Below are positions 29,593 through 38,382 of a stretch of 47,286 bases of DNA, one piece after another; position 1 is the stretch's first letter, and each line of letters begins with the position of its first letter. The position numbers were made by a program, and so were the translations under genes. Where the stretch lies: the NCBI GenBank assembly GCA_046566325.1, contig JBKHWX010000236.1:1-47286 (forward strand). The letters run 5' to 3'. This DNA is from Actinomycetes bacterium. Lineage in GTDB: Bacteria; Actinomycetota; Actinomycetes; Actinomycetales; BWSM-131. The notes beneath the pieces were generated by a model that was given only the letters and a program-made list of their open reading frames with translations, made no database searches and had not been told where the DNA came from.

Positions 29593-32500
29593 ATGAGGCG
29601 CTTTCTCGTCGTCGGCTGCGGCGGGTCGGGCGGGGCGACCCTCGCCTATCTCATGGACCAGCTCCGCTCGGACCTCGCCTCGCACGGCGTCGGCTCTCTG
29701 CCGCCTGGCTGGCAGTTCGTCCACATCGACGTCCCGACCGGGTCCGAGCCCGGCCCCGAGGGCCTGTCCAACGTGCAGCAACAAGGGGGCACGTACGTGC
29801 CCACGGGCCCGAACGTCCCGTCCTACAAGGTGCTCGACACCGCCGTGAGCAACACGCTCCGCAGCAAGAACGCGCTCGCCGAGATCGCCACGTGGGCGCC
29901 GAGGGACCCCGACCAGGTGAGCGTGCCGATCGCGGACGGCGCGGGCCAGTACCGGGCGCTCGGGCGGATGATCACGCTCGGCCGGGCCGGCGACGTCCGC
30001 CGAGCACTGACGGCAGCGTGGCAGCGCCTCAACACGGTGGAGACCATCTCGGAGATGGGCCGGCTGCAGAGGGTGCCCGGCCTGGGATCGTTCGACCCTC
30101 AGAACCCGGCGGTGGTCCTGGTCGTCTCGTCGATGGCCGGGGGTGCGGGCGCGTCGATGGCCTTGGACGTCTGCCGCCTCCTCACCCTCGTCGACGGGGT
30201 CGACCCCGGCCGGATAGCGGTGTTCATGGCCAGCCCCGACATCTTCGACGCGCTGCCCGCGGCCGCTCGCAGCGGCGTCCGCGCGAACGCGCTCGCGATG
30301 CTCGGCGAGATCATCGCCGCCCAGAGCGGCTCGGCCCGCGGGCACGACGCGACCGTGATGTCCGCGCTCGGGCAGGGCGGGGGGCAGGGGACCCGGGTCC
30401 CGTTCGCGCGCGTGTTCCCCGTCGGGCGGTTCATCGGCGCCGAGAAGGCACTGTTCGGCGACGGGTCGCAGATGGCCGTCTACCGGGGGCTCGGACGCGC
30501 TCTCGCGGGACTGATGACCAGTGGACAGGCGACCCAGGACTTCGTCGCGTTCGACCTCACCAACGGTGTCGGCCTCAAGAACGAGTCGCGGTACCTGAAC
30601 TGGGGCGTCCAGAACCACCTCGAGGCGCAGTGGGGGTCGTTCGGCTTCGCCAGCCTCAGCATGGGGCGAGACCGCTACGCGGAGTACGCGGCCCAGCGCC
30701 TCGCCCGCAGCACCGTCGACCACCTGCTGAAGGCCCACACGGACCCGGGCAGCACCGCCAGCGAGGCCGAACAGGTGCGCGCTCTCGTCGAGAGCCACTG
30801 GGGGAACGCGTGCCGCCTGCTGGGCCTGCCGGTCGAGACGGCGACCGGCGCCCACGGCAGACCGCAGATGGGGCCCTGGCTGGTCGACGTCGCATTTCCC
30901 AGGGCCACCGCGGAGGAGGCCGCGCGCTCCGTCGTCCGCGAGCACCTGTCGCGACACATCCCTTCGCCCAACGGGATCCACGCCGCCCAGTGGACCCCTG
31001 CCCTCCGCAACCAGCTGGCGCTCCGTCGCTCCGCGGTGCTGACCGCCAGCAACACCGCTGCCTACGCCTGGGCCCACGCCTGGCAGCACGAGCTGCTCCG
31101 CCGGCTCGTCGCGGTCGCGGACGAGGCCGTCACGGCGATGGGCCTGCGCTACGCCGTCACGCTGCTCGGCACCCTTGCCGAGCACGTCCGAGACGTCGTG
31201 ATCCCCGGCGCTGCCGAGCTTGCGCTGCAAGGCCCGGTCGACGTGGTGGCGTTGCCCCCCGAGGTCGAGAACCTGCTCGCCGGGCTGAGGGGGGTGATCA
31301 GCAACGGCCAGCACCTGGTCGACCGGCTCACGGATGGCGTCACGAGGAACGTCCGGGACCAGATCTGGTCACGGGCCGCGCACCTCGTGCAGGGCGTCCT
31401 GGGCTCGTTCCTCGCGGACGTCGTCCAGCCGTTGGAGCAGGCGCTCCGCTCCCCGCTGCTGTCCCTCGAGCAGGAGGTGGCGGCGCCGGTGACCGACCTT
31501 GGGCTGGCGCGGCTGGCCGTCGACCAGTACGGGGCGTGGCCGTCGGACGACGACGCCCTCGTGGCGGCCCGCTTCACCCATGCCAACAACGAGGTCCTGC
31601 TCACGAGCTCAGCGGACTTCCAGCCGCGGTACACGGTGGACATCCAGGCCTCCGCATCCCGGCAGCCGGCGGAGTCCACCACGTTCCCGGACGCGCGGAA
31701 CCGCGCCGTCCGGATGGTCGTCTCCGGCCACTGGCCGACGGTGGGCGGCGCCAAGGAGCCGGGGTCTGCCGTACAGCTGCTGTCGGGATGGAACGCCCCC
31801 GTCTTCGTCACCGCACCCGCCAGCGGCGAGACCCTCGTTCACAGCCGCGCACGTTTCGCCGTCTCCCTCTCGCCCCGCGAGATCCTCGGACGCGCCCGCC
31901 AGTTCGTCGCTCGCCCCGGTGAGTCGTTCTCCACCTTCTGCGAGCTCTCGCTCCGCGACTACATCGCAGGGGGCGACGTCTCGGAACCGGCGCAGGCGCA
32001 GCGCATGGCCGAGGTCGTGGGCAAGTTCCAGCAGGCCCTCAGCCTCGCCCGACCGCTGATCAGCGCCGACCAGACGGCGGTCGAGATGGTCCACGGGGAA
32101 GGGCTGAGCTACCAGTACAAGTTCTCCGAGATCCCCTTCGAGGGGCTGCCAGTGGCCGGCAGCGTGGAGAAGAACCTGTCGGCTCCACTGATCGACCCGA
32201 CGACGAGCACACGGTTCCGGGCCGCGCTGTCCATCGACGACCAGATCAAGCGCATCGACGTCTTCGGGTCCTACCCGAAGTACTCACCGCTCGTGTTCGA
32301 CGCGGTCCTCCAGCCGGTGATCGACCAGTGGAACTCCACGGACGGCAACGGGCACGCGCTCTTCTGGCGGTGGCGCAGGTCGCGGCCGCTGCCCGCGTCC
32401 CTGCCGATGGCGGACAGCGAGCGCCGCGCCATGGTCGCGGGCTGGTTCGTCGGCCAGGTCGTCGGCAGCATCCAGATTCCCGCCCCGCCCTACACGTCAC

Positions 32501-33126
32501 CGGTCCAGGTGTGGGACGACGAGCACTCCCGCTGGGAGGCCTTCCCGCACCCGTTGCTGACGCCCCCGTCCGGCTTCCTCGCGCCCTACGACTGGCTCCC
32601 CGCGGTGCTGGAGTCCGCTCTCCTGGCGATCGCCCGCAGCCATGAGCCGCCGATGATGCACTCGCTGCGCCCGTACCAGCTCCTGCGAGGTCTCTGGGAC
32701 GACAGCGACAACGGCCCGGCGGACGGGATCCTGCAGAGGAGCGGCGTGGGCACGCTCGCCCGATGGCTGACGTCCGGGCTGACGTCCGGCACCGTCGACA
32801 GGCGCCGCGGGGGCGCCTCCAGAGTGCCGGGGGTGGACGCCGCGGCGTCGTTGGACGAGCGCAAGCAGCTGACGGTGGACTGGCTCACCCGCATCCAGTC
32901 GCTGGCGGGGACCCACTTCCTCCCGCCGGGCGAGCACGGTGCCCCCGGCGGCGGTCAGTTCTCGACGGTGACGAACCGGCAGCAGGCCGGTCAGGTGCCG
33001 ATCTTCCGCGATGTCGCCGCCGACGTCTACTGGGCGACCGGCGAGATCATCGAGATCGTCGAGAAGGTGACCGACGTCGAGGCGGGCCCGAGCGTTCCGG
33101 GCCTTCCCGACGGAGGCGTCTTCTGA
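29593..33126 (+). CDS. Giant (1177-aa) tubulin/FtsZ-like protein (Tubulin_2-type N-domain plus an ~800-aa uncharacterised C-region)
   Basis: ATG at 29593 follows GGAAGGA. T1-like loop FLVVGCGGSGGATL (29608-29643), DGAGQYRALGR, and T4-like VVSSMAGGAGASMALD (30127-30162). Confidence 0.75.
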   Translation: MRRFLVVGCGGSGGATLAYLMDQLRSDLASHGVGSLPPGWQFVHIDVPTGSEPGPEGLSNVQQQGGTYVPTGPNVPSYKVLDTAVSNTLRSKNALAEIATWAPRDPDQVSVPIADGAGQYRALGRMITLGRAGDVRRALTAAWQRLNTVETISEMGRLQRVPGLGSFDPQNPAVVLVVSSMAGGAGASMALDVCRLLTLVDGVDPGRIAVFMASPDIFDALPAAARSGVRANALAMLGEIIAAQSGSARGHDATVMSALGQGGGQGTRVPFARVFPVGRFIGAEKALFGDGSQMAVYRGLGRALAGLMTSGQATQDFVAFDLTNGVGLKNESRYLNWGVQNHLEAQWGSFGFASLSMGRDRYAEYAAQRLARSTVDHLLKAHTDPGSTASEAEQVRALVESHWGNACRLLGLPVETATGAHGRPQMGPWLVDVAFPRATAEEAARSVVREHLSRHIPSPNGIHAAQWTPALRNQLALRRSAVLTASNTAAYAWAHAWQHELLRRLVAVADEAVTAMGLRYAVTLLGTLAEHVRDVVIPGAAELALQGPVDVVALPPEVENLLAGLRGVISNGQHLVDRLTDGVTRNVRDQIWSRAAHLVQGVLGSFLADVVQPLEQALRSPLLSLEQEVAAPVTDLGLARLAVDQYGAWPSDDDALVAARFTHANNEVLLTSSADFQPRYTVDIQASASRQPAESTTFPDARNRAVRMVVSGHWPTVGGAKEPGSAVQLLSGWNAPVFVTAPASGETLVHSRARFAVSLSPREILGRARQFVARPGESFSTFCELSLRDYIAGGDVSEPAQAQRMAEVVGKFQQALSLARPLISADQTAVEMVHGEGLSYQYKFSEIPFEGLPVAGSVEKNLSAPLIDPTTSTRFRAALSIDDQIKRIDVFGSYPKYSPLVFDAVLQPVIDQWNSTDGNGHALFWRWRRSRPLPASLPMADSERRAMVAGWFVGQVVGSIQIPAPPYTSPVQVWDDEHSRWEAFPHPLLTPPSGFLAPYDWLPAVLESALLAIARSHEPPMMHSLRPYQLLRGLWDDSDNGPADGILQRSGVGTLARWLTSGLTSGTVDRRRGGASRVPGVDAAASLDERKQLTVDWLTRIQSLAGTHFLPPGEHGAPGGGQFSTVTNRQQAGQVPIFRDVAADVYWATGEIIEIVEKVTDVEAGPSVPGLPDGGVF

Positions 33127-35789
33127 TGACCGGCTCGGGCCGCCGCGACGTCACCGTCCTCCTCGCCACCCCCGGGCTCTCCGACGGCGTCCTCGACGTG
33201 CTGCAGGACCTGTCGGCCGACGGTCTCGTCGACCCGTTCGTCTGGGCGGCCGGAGAAAGGGCCTCCGACACGTCGCTGCCGGCCCTGCGGGTGGAGCGCG
33301 GCACGCTGAGCGGCACGACGGTCGAGGACGAGCTCGTGTCCGCGTCGTACCGGACGGTTCGGCTCGCCGTCCTCGTCTCGCTGCTGCCCGGCGAGCAGCC
33401 CGTCGGCTCGGCGGCGGAGCAGCGGCTGGCCGAGGTGGCGAGCCGGTCGGCAGGAGGTGCGCGGCTCGTCCGCCTCCGGCTGCTGCTCGTCCGCCCGGGG
33501 AGCAAGGCCGACCCGGAGGACGTCGCGCGGACGGGCTGGCACAACGTCCTCCTGTCGCCGGAGGACTCGGCGGGTCCTGGACGAGGCCGGCTGGTGCACG
33601 GCTCGGAACCGGACCAGGTCGACGTCGGCCGCCTTGCGGCGCCGTTGGTCGCCTCCCTGGCCGGGCTGTGGGCGGACGTCGAGCACGGCCCCCTCGACGA
33701 GCAGCGTGTGCTGCCCGGCGAGTACGTCGTCCCGTCGCGTTCGTTCTACCGGCGGCTCCGGGCCGCGTACGTCCAGTCCGAGCTGAGCGGCCGGGTCCTC
33801 TCCTTGGACACGGGCTTCCCGCTTCCCTCCCTGCAGGGCGCGATCACCGTGTACGTGGACGACGTCGAGCTGGCGACGTCCGACATGGCCCGGGCGCTGT
33901 GGACACGCCACCAGGGAGTCCTCAAGGGGCCGAGGACACGGCCCGTCGTCGAGGAGACCGCTCCCGTCTCGATGTGGGCGGCCCTCGGGATGATGTTCCG
34001 GTTCATCTGGGCCGCCCTTCGCGGCGCCCCAGGGCAGTGGTACGCCGCGGTCCTGAACAGGGCCAGCTCCGCGGTGGCGAGCGCGGTGCATGCGACGGTC
34101 TTCGGCAGCGCTCCCGCGGCCTACCAGGTCGTCGTCCGCGGGATGACGGCCGAGGGCCTTCCAGCCGGCTGGAGAGAGCTGGGGGACGCCTCCGACCGGC
34201 TCGACGGCCTGCTGGACGACGAGGCACACGCCCGCCAGCACGAGGTCCGCGGCGACCTGTCCGCGCTGTGGAAGGACTACGTCGCAGGCGCGATGACCTT
34301 GGTCGACGCGGGGGAACGGGCCACGTCGCTGCCTCCTGTCCAGGTCGGGGCGGACCGCGGCGTGCTCCGCCGGGCCAAGGACTGCGTCCCGCCTCCGCGC
34401 GATGCCTTCCGCGACGTCCCTGCGCACCTGGCCGCCGTCACCGGCGTCCGCGACATCGAGCCGTACGACGTGCTCGGCGCCCACAACCTGGACCAGTGCC
34501 TGCGCTCGGGAAGCGAGGACTCGAGCGTCAGCGTCTCTGCAGAGAGGACGGCGCAGCAGCTGCGAGAATGGCGCAGCGACCACCAGCGCAGCTACGCGGT
34601 GCAGGTGGGAAACCAGCTGGGCCAGGCCCTGCTGGCCACAGCCAGGGAGGTCCAGGACCTGCTGAGGACGCTGTCGGACGCCGCGGACGTCACGCAGGTG
34701 GACGACGCAGAGCGGGCGCACCAGCTTCGCGTGGCCCAGCACGTCCGGCTGCTCCTCTGGCTGCTCGTGGGTGTCCTGGTGCTGATCGGCGTTGCGCGCT
34801 GGGCGTCGTGGATCACGCCGCTGCGCACGCTCGTGCTCTGCCTCTCGGCGGTCGCCGCCTGGGCGGTGGCGTCGCTCGTGGTCTTCGTCCGTGGCCAGCG
34901 CGAGCTGTTCCGTGAGCTGCACCGGCGCCGGACGCTCGTCGCGGAGGCGGACGCGGCGAAGGCGAACCTGAAGCAGGCGACGCGGGACGTGCGGCGGCTG
35001 AGCGACGCCTACTCCCAGTTCCTCTCCTGGAGCAGGGTCCTCGGCGTCGTCCTCGACGCTCCGTTCGGACCTCCCCCGCCGCCCGGCTGGCAGGGCAACC
35101 GGACGACCGACGGCCTGCCGCACTGCGCGGACGTCGCCGTCGCACGGCCCGACGAGCAGGCCCTGAGGAGGGCGGCGACCGGTGTGCGGCAGTACGTCTA
35201 CACGGCCGGGTGGCTGCGGGGGCCCTGGCAACAGACGCTGGCCACGGCGTCGACCGGCTCGGGCGGCGACAAGGACCTCGCCGAGGACCTGGAACGCCTT
35301 TTCTCGGACCGGGGCGCCGGGTCGGGGTCGCACCTCGACGTGTGGTCACAACAGCTGGCGCAGAGGGGTCTGGGGCCGAGGACCCGGCAGGAGCACTGGG
35401 CCAGCACGCTGGGGCGGCTGCGGGACGACGAGCGACGGTCCGTGACCGCCGCCGTCCTCGCCCGGGTGCAGAGCGTCCGTCCCGGGTCGCCGGTCGTGTC
35501 CCGCGGCCAGTTCCTGCAGGGCCTGGACACGCTGCCGGTCGGGAACACGGGCCCGGAGGCGTGGGAGGGACCGGTCCTGTTCGAGCCCAGCGCGTTCAGC
35601 CCCGAAGCGCTGGCCGGCACGAGGAACCGGATGGCACGAGCCGTCCTCTCCCGCGCCGAGCACGGCCTCGGACAGGTGGCCGTGCTCACCCAGCTGGGCG
35701 AGGGCCTTCCGGTGCACGACTTCACCTTCACCGGCACGCAGGAACGGGAGAACGTCCGTCGTCCCATAGAGGACGAGTTCGAGTTCTAG
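33126..35789 (+). CDS. 887-aa protein of unknown function with a central TM hairpin
   Basis: ATG at 33126 shares a base with the upstream stop (TGATG). Two adjacent hydrophobic helices, LLLWLLVGVLVLIGVARW and LVLCLSAVAAWAVASLVVFV, at about 34741-34890. I recognise no motifs. Confidence 0.65.
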   Translation: MTGSGRRDVTVLLATPGLSDGVLDVLQDLSADGLVDPFVWAAGERASDTSLPALRVERGTLSGTTVEDELVSASYRTVRLAVLVSLLPGEQPVGSAAEQRLAEVASRSAGGARLVRLRLLLVRPGSKADPEDVARTGWHNVLLSPEDSAGPGRGRLVHGSEPDQVDVGRLAAPLVASLAGLWADVEHGPLDEQRVLPGEYVVPSRSFYRRLRAAYVQSELSGRVLSLDTGFPLPSLQGAITVYVDDVELATSDMARALWTRHQGVLKGPRTRPVVEETAPVSMWAALGMMFRFIWAALRGAPGQWYAAVLNRASSAVASAVHATVFGSAPAAYQVVVRGMTAEGLPAGWRELGDASDRLDGLLDDEAHARQHEVRGDLSALWKDYVAGAMTLVDAGERATSLPPVQVGADRGVLRRAKDCVPPPRDAFRDVPAHLAAVTGVRDIEPYDVLGAHNLDQCLRSGSEDSSVSVSAERTAQQLREWRSDHQRSYAVQVGNQLGQALLATAREVQDLLRTLSDAADVTQVDDAERAHQLRVAQHVRLLLWLLVGVLVLIGVARWASWITPLRTLVLCLSAVAAWAVASLVVFVRGQRELFRELHRRRTLVAEADAAKANLKQATRDVRRLSDAYSQFLSWSRVLGVVLDAPFGPPPPPGWQGNRTTDGLPHCADVAVARPDEQALRRAATGVRQYVYTAGWLRGPWQQTLATASTGSGGDKDLAEDLERLFSDRGAGSGSHLDVWSQQLAQRGLGPRTRQEHWASTLGRLRDDERRSVTAAVLARVQSVRPGSPVVSRGQFLQGLDTLPVGNTGPEAWEGPVLFEPSAFSPEALAGTRNRMARAVLSRAEHGLGQVAVLTQLGEGLPVHDFTFTGTQERENVRRPIEDEFEF

Positions 35790-35851
35790 GCGGATGTCGG
35801 CACGGACGTGCCGAGAGACCAGACCGGCCGGCGACACGGGAAGCGCGAGCG

Positions 35852-36535
35852 ATGACGACGAGCAGGTTCAGTGCCAGTGCGAGCCAGCGGCTGGATGCGT
35901 TGAAGCAGTGGCGCGAGGACGCGGAGGCCGCGGGCCACGCCGTCCCGTCGTACACGGACCTGCACACCATCGCCTACGACGGGTGGACGGACGGCATCGA
36001 CCTCGCGCGCTGCCAGCCGTGGCGGGACACGATCCTTCACGTCCTTATCCGTGTGGAACGCGGGGACCCGGCACCGTCCCGCTTCCTGCCGGAGCACCTC
36101 CGCTCCCCTAAGCCGACGCTCGGTGGCGGGCAGACCGCACGGCCCCGGCCGCATCAGGAAAGGACGAACAGCCCCAGCATGGCCTCGCCGACCCAGGAGA
36201 TGATGCTCGGCGTCCCGCAGGAGTGGCGGAAGAGGGGTCAGGACCGCAGCGACCCGCTCTTCAACGGCCTGAAGGACTCCAAGCTGCGTGTGATCGTCCG
36301 CAGCCACGACCGCTCGGCCGAGGCGGTCGCCCGCCTGCTGCCCCAGTCCAAGAGCAGGCTGGCACCCGAGATCGCCCGAGTGCTGTCCGAGTTCACGCAA
36401 GGCTTCGACCAGCAGAGCCGCGAGATGCCGGCGAAGCCGGGCTTCTCCCCGTCGACCGCACCGTCTTCGCAGTCCGCACAGGCTTCGCAGCCCAGCGCGG
36501 CTCGGCAGCCCAGCCCGCCTCCCCCTCCAGCCCGC
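35852..36535 (+). CDS. N-terminal segment (frame 2) of an operon protein. It ends in a Ser/Gln/Pro-rich linker where the coding signal moves to another frame.
   Basis: MTTSRFSASASQRLDALKQWREDAEAAGHAVPSYTDLHTIAYDG...SKSRLAPEIARVLSEFTQGFDQQSREMPAKPGFSPSTAPSSQSAQASQPSAARQPSPPPPP. After about 36530 this frame becomes an Arg-rich shadow with no stop until 36949. The end coordinate is approximate. Confidence 0.5.
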
Positions 36536-38382
36536 CTCCGCCGCCGAGCCCGCCTCCGCCGCGGACCGGCTCCACGGCCGGGGCCTCACGACGCTCCGCG
36601 GAAGGGCCGCCGCCGGCTGGCGCACCGCCGTCGGACGAGGTGCCGGCCGAGATCCGGAACACCGCGCCCGAGCCGGCGGACGGGCCGTCCCGCGACCCTT
36701 CGCTGCCCGGTCTCGAGGAGTTCGCCGCGTACGACTTCTCGAGCCCCGACGCCCCTCCCCCGGGACAGCTGCGGGCGTCCGTACGGGAGGAGCAGGTATC
36801 GCTCAGCTGGAAGCCGTACGAGACCGACCAGAGCACCGTTCTCTACCGCGTCGTGTCGAGCGACGAGTTCGAGCCGTACGCGCCGGAGAAGGCCGCGCCG
36901 GTCACCGGCCCCACGACCGGGCTGCGGGCTGTGGACGTCCGCCCTCTGACATCGGCCGTGCGGTTCTACCAGGTGTGGGCGAACGCGGGCAGCGACGTCG
37001 CGGACGCCGTCGAGCAGCAGCCGGTCCTGCATGCCCGGCAGCTGCTCGTCAGCCCGGTGCGCCACCTCGAGCTCCGGGAGGACTCCGGGCGTGTCATCGG
37101 GCAGTGGTCGGTGTTCCCCGGCACCAGCCGCGTGCACGTGTACCGCATCCCGATCGAGAAGGCCGCGACCGGCGGCCTCGACCCCTCGCACCGGATCCTG
37201 CACTTGGAACCGAACCTCGGAGGCTTCGTCGACGGCGACGCGCAGCGCGGGCGTCGGTACGTCTACCAGGTCGCCGCCGAGGCCGTGGTGGACGGCGTGA
37301 CGCTGCTGTCGGCTCCCGTGAGCCAGGACGTGCTCGTGTCCACCGTCCTCGAGCAGGTCCAGGACCTGGACTTCACCTTCCGCGGCGACGCGGACGACGC
37401 CTCGTTCGACCTGACGTGGAGGACGCCGCGTGGGGGACGCGTCGTCGTCTACCGGACGACGACACCGCCGCGCGCGGGGGCGACCGCAGCCTCGATGCCC
37501 GAGCCGGCCCTCGAGCAGGCCTCCCTGGCGTCCGCCGACCGGCTTGCGCACCCGATCAGCGCCCTCGAGGGCGGCCGATCCGTGATGCGTGACGTGCCGT
37601 GGCCCGCGAGCTGGCATCGCGCGTTCTTCACGCCCGTCACGCTCCTCGACGGTCAGGCGCGGGTGGGCAGGACACGGACCGCGGCTCGCAGCGCGCCCGT
37701 CCGCGACGTTCGCATCGTCGAGAGAGTGCAGCAGCAGGTCGTCACCTTCGCGTGGCCCCAGGGTGCCGACGCCGTCCAGGCCTACATCGGGGCGAAGGAC
37801 CAGACCTCTGCTGCAGCGATGAGCGCGCGACCGGTGGAGATCTCGAAGGCGCGCTACGAACAGCTGGGCGGCCTGACCTTCTCCGCACCGCTGCCCCGGC
37901 ACGGGTGCTCGCTGCACCTCGTCTCGGTGACGTTCGAGGGTGGCTCGAAGATCACCGGCGACCCGACGTCGGTCGAGTACCCCGGACTGGTCGAGCTGCG
38001 CTACGACGTCGCGGACAGGCGGAACTTCCTCGGCGCCCCGGTGGCGCTGGCTGTGTCGATCACCTCGGCCGAGCCCCTGGACGTCTGTCCCCCGTTCGTC
38101 CTGGTCCACCGTCAGGACCGGCTGCCCCTCGACGTCCGGGACGGCGTGGCCCTGCAGGTTCAGCGGGAGGACGACCCCGAGAAGCGACGCACGAGCCGGT
38201 TCACACCGACGACGCTCGGCCCGCAGACGGCAGGCGTGGCCTGGCGGGCAGAGGTCAAGGGCCTCACCGGGTTCGTCCGGCTGTTCGTCGACATCGACCC
38301 CGAGCACCTGACGAAAGTCGCCCTGCTCGACCCGGACGTCGGCAAGCTCGTCCTCGGCTCCCGCTCGAGGTTCCAGCTGTGA
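36223..38382 (+). CDS. Protein with FN3/Ig-like beta-sandwich repeats (frame 1). The true start, or the junction with the 35852 segment, lies at about 36500-36640.
   Basis: This is the maximal ORF in the track, and its first ~90-130 codons look non-coding. After that come repeated modules: LRASVREEQVSLSWKPYETDQSTVLYRVV, VRHLELREDSGRVIGQWSVFPGTSRVHVYRI, VQDLDFTFRGDADDASFDLTWRTPRGGRVVVYRT and VRDVRIVERVQQQVVTFAWPQG. No signal peptide. Confidence 0.6.
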   Translation: MAEEGSGPQRPALQRPEGLQAACDRPQPRPLGRGGRPPAAPVQEQAGTRDRPSAVRVHARLRPAEPRDAGEAGLLPVDRTVFAVRTGFAAQRGSAAQPASPSSPPPPPSPPPPRTGSTAGASRRSAEGPPPAGAPPSDEVPAEIRNTAPEPADGPSRDPSLPGLEEFAAYDFSSPDAPPPGQLRASVREEQVSLSWKPYETDQSTVLYRVVSSDEFEPYAPEKAAPVTGPTTGLRAVDVRPLTSAVRFYQVWANAGSDVADAVEQQPVLHARQLLVSPVRHLELREDSGRVIGQWSVFPGTSRVHVYRIPIEKAATGGLDPSHRILHLEPNLGGFVDGDAQRGRRYVYQVAAEAVVDGVTLLSAPVSQDVLVSTVLEQVQDLDFTFRGDADDASFDLTWRTPRGGRVVVYRTTTPPRAGATAASMPEPALEQASLASADRLAHPISALEGGRSVMRDVPWPASWHRAFFTPVTLLDGQARVGRTRTAARSAPVRDVRIVERVQQQVVTFAWPQGADAVQAYIGAKDQTSAAAMSARPVEISKARYEQLGGLTFSAPLPRHGCSLHLVSVTFEGGSKITGDPTSVEYPGLVELRYDVADRRNFLGAPVALAVSITSAEPLDVCPPFVLVHRQDRLPLDVRDGVALQVQREDDPEKRRTSRFTPTTLGPQTAGVAWRAEVKGLTGFVRLFVDIDPEHLTKVALLDPDVGKLVLGSRSRFQL

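Noticed and set aside
35852-36050. HRDC-like helical motif at the N-terminus of the fifth operon gene (QRLDALKQWREDAEAAGHAVPSYTDLHTIAYDG).
   Set aside because: The resemblance to the HRDC 'L..LR.WR...A...gvP.Y' pattern rests on a handful of residues. That is too weak to call without a profile search.
26628-38378. Upstream extensions of the operon ORFs as listed in the track: 26628..26813, 29350..29592, 32763..33125 and 37599..38378.
   Set aside because: The extensions overlap the 3' ends of the preceding genes and translate to Arg-rich junk. Starts at 26814 (GTGA), 29593 (ribosome-binding site GGAAGGA), 33126 (TGATG) and 38379 (GTGA) give sensible N-termini and classic coupling overlaps.
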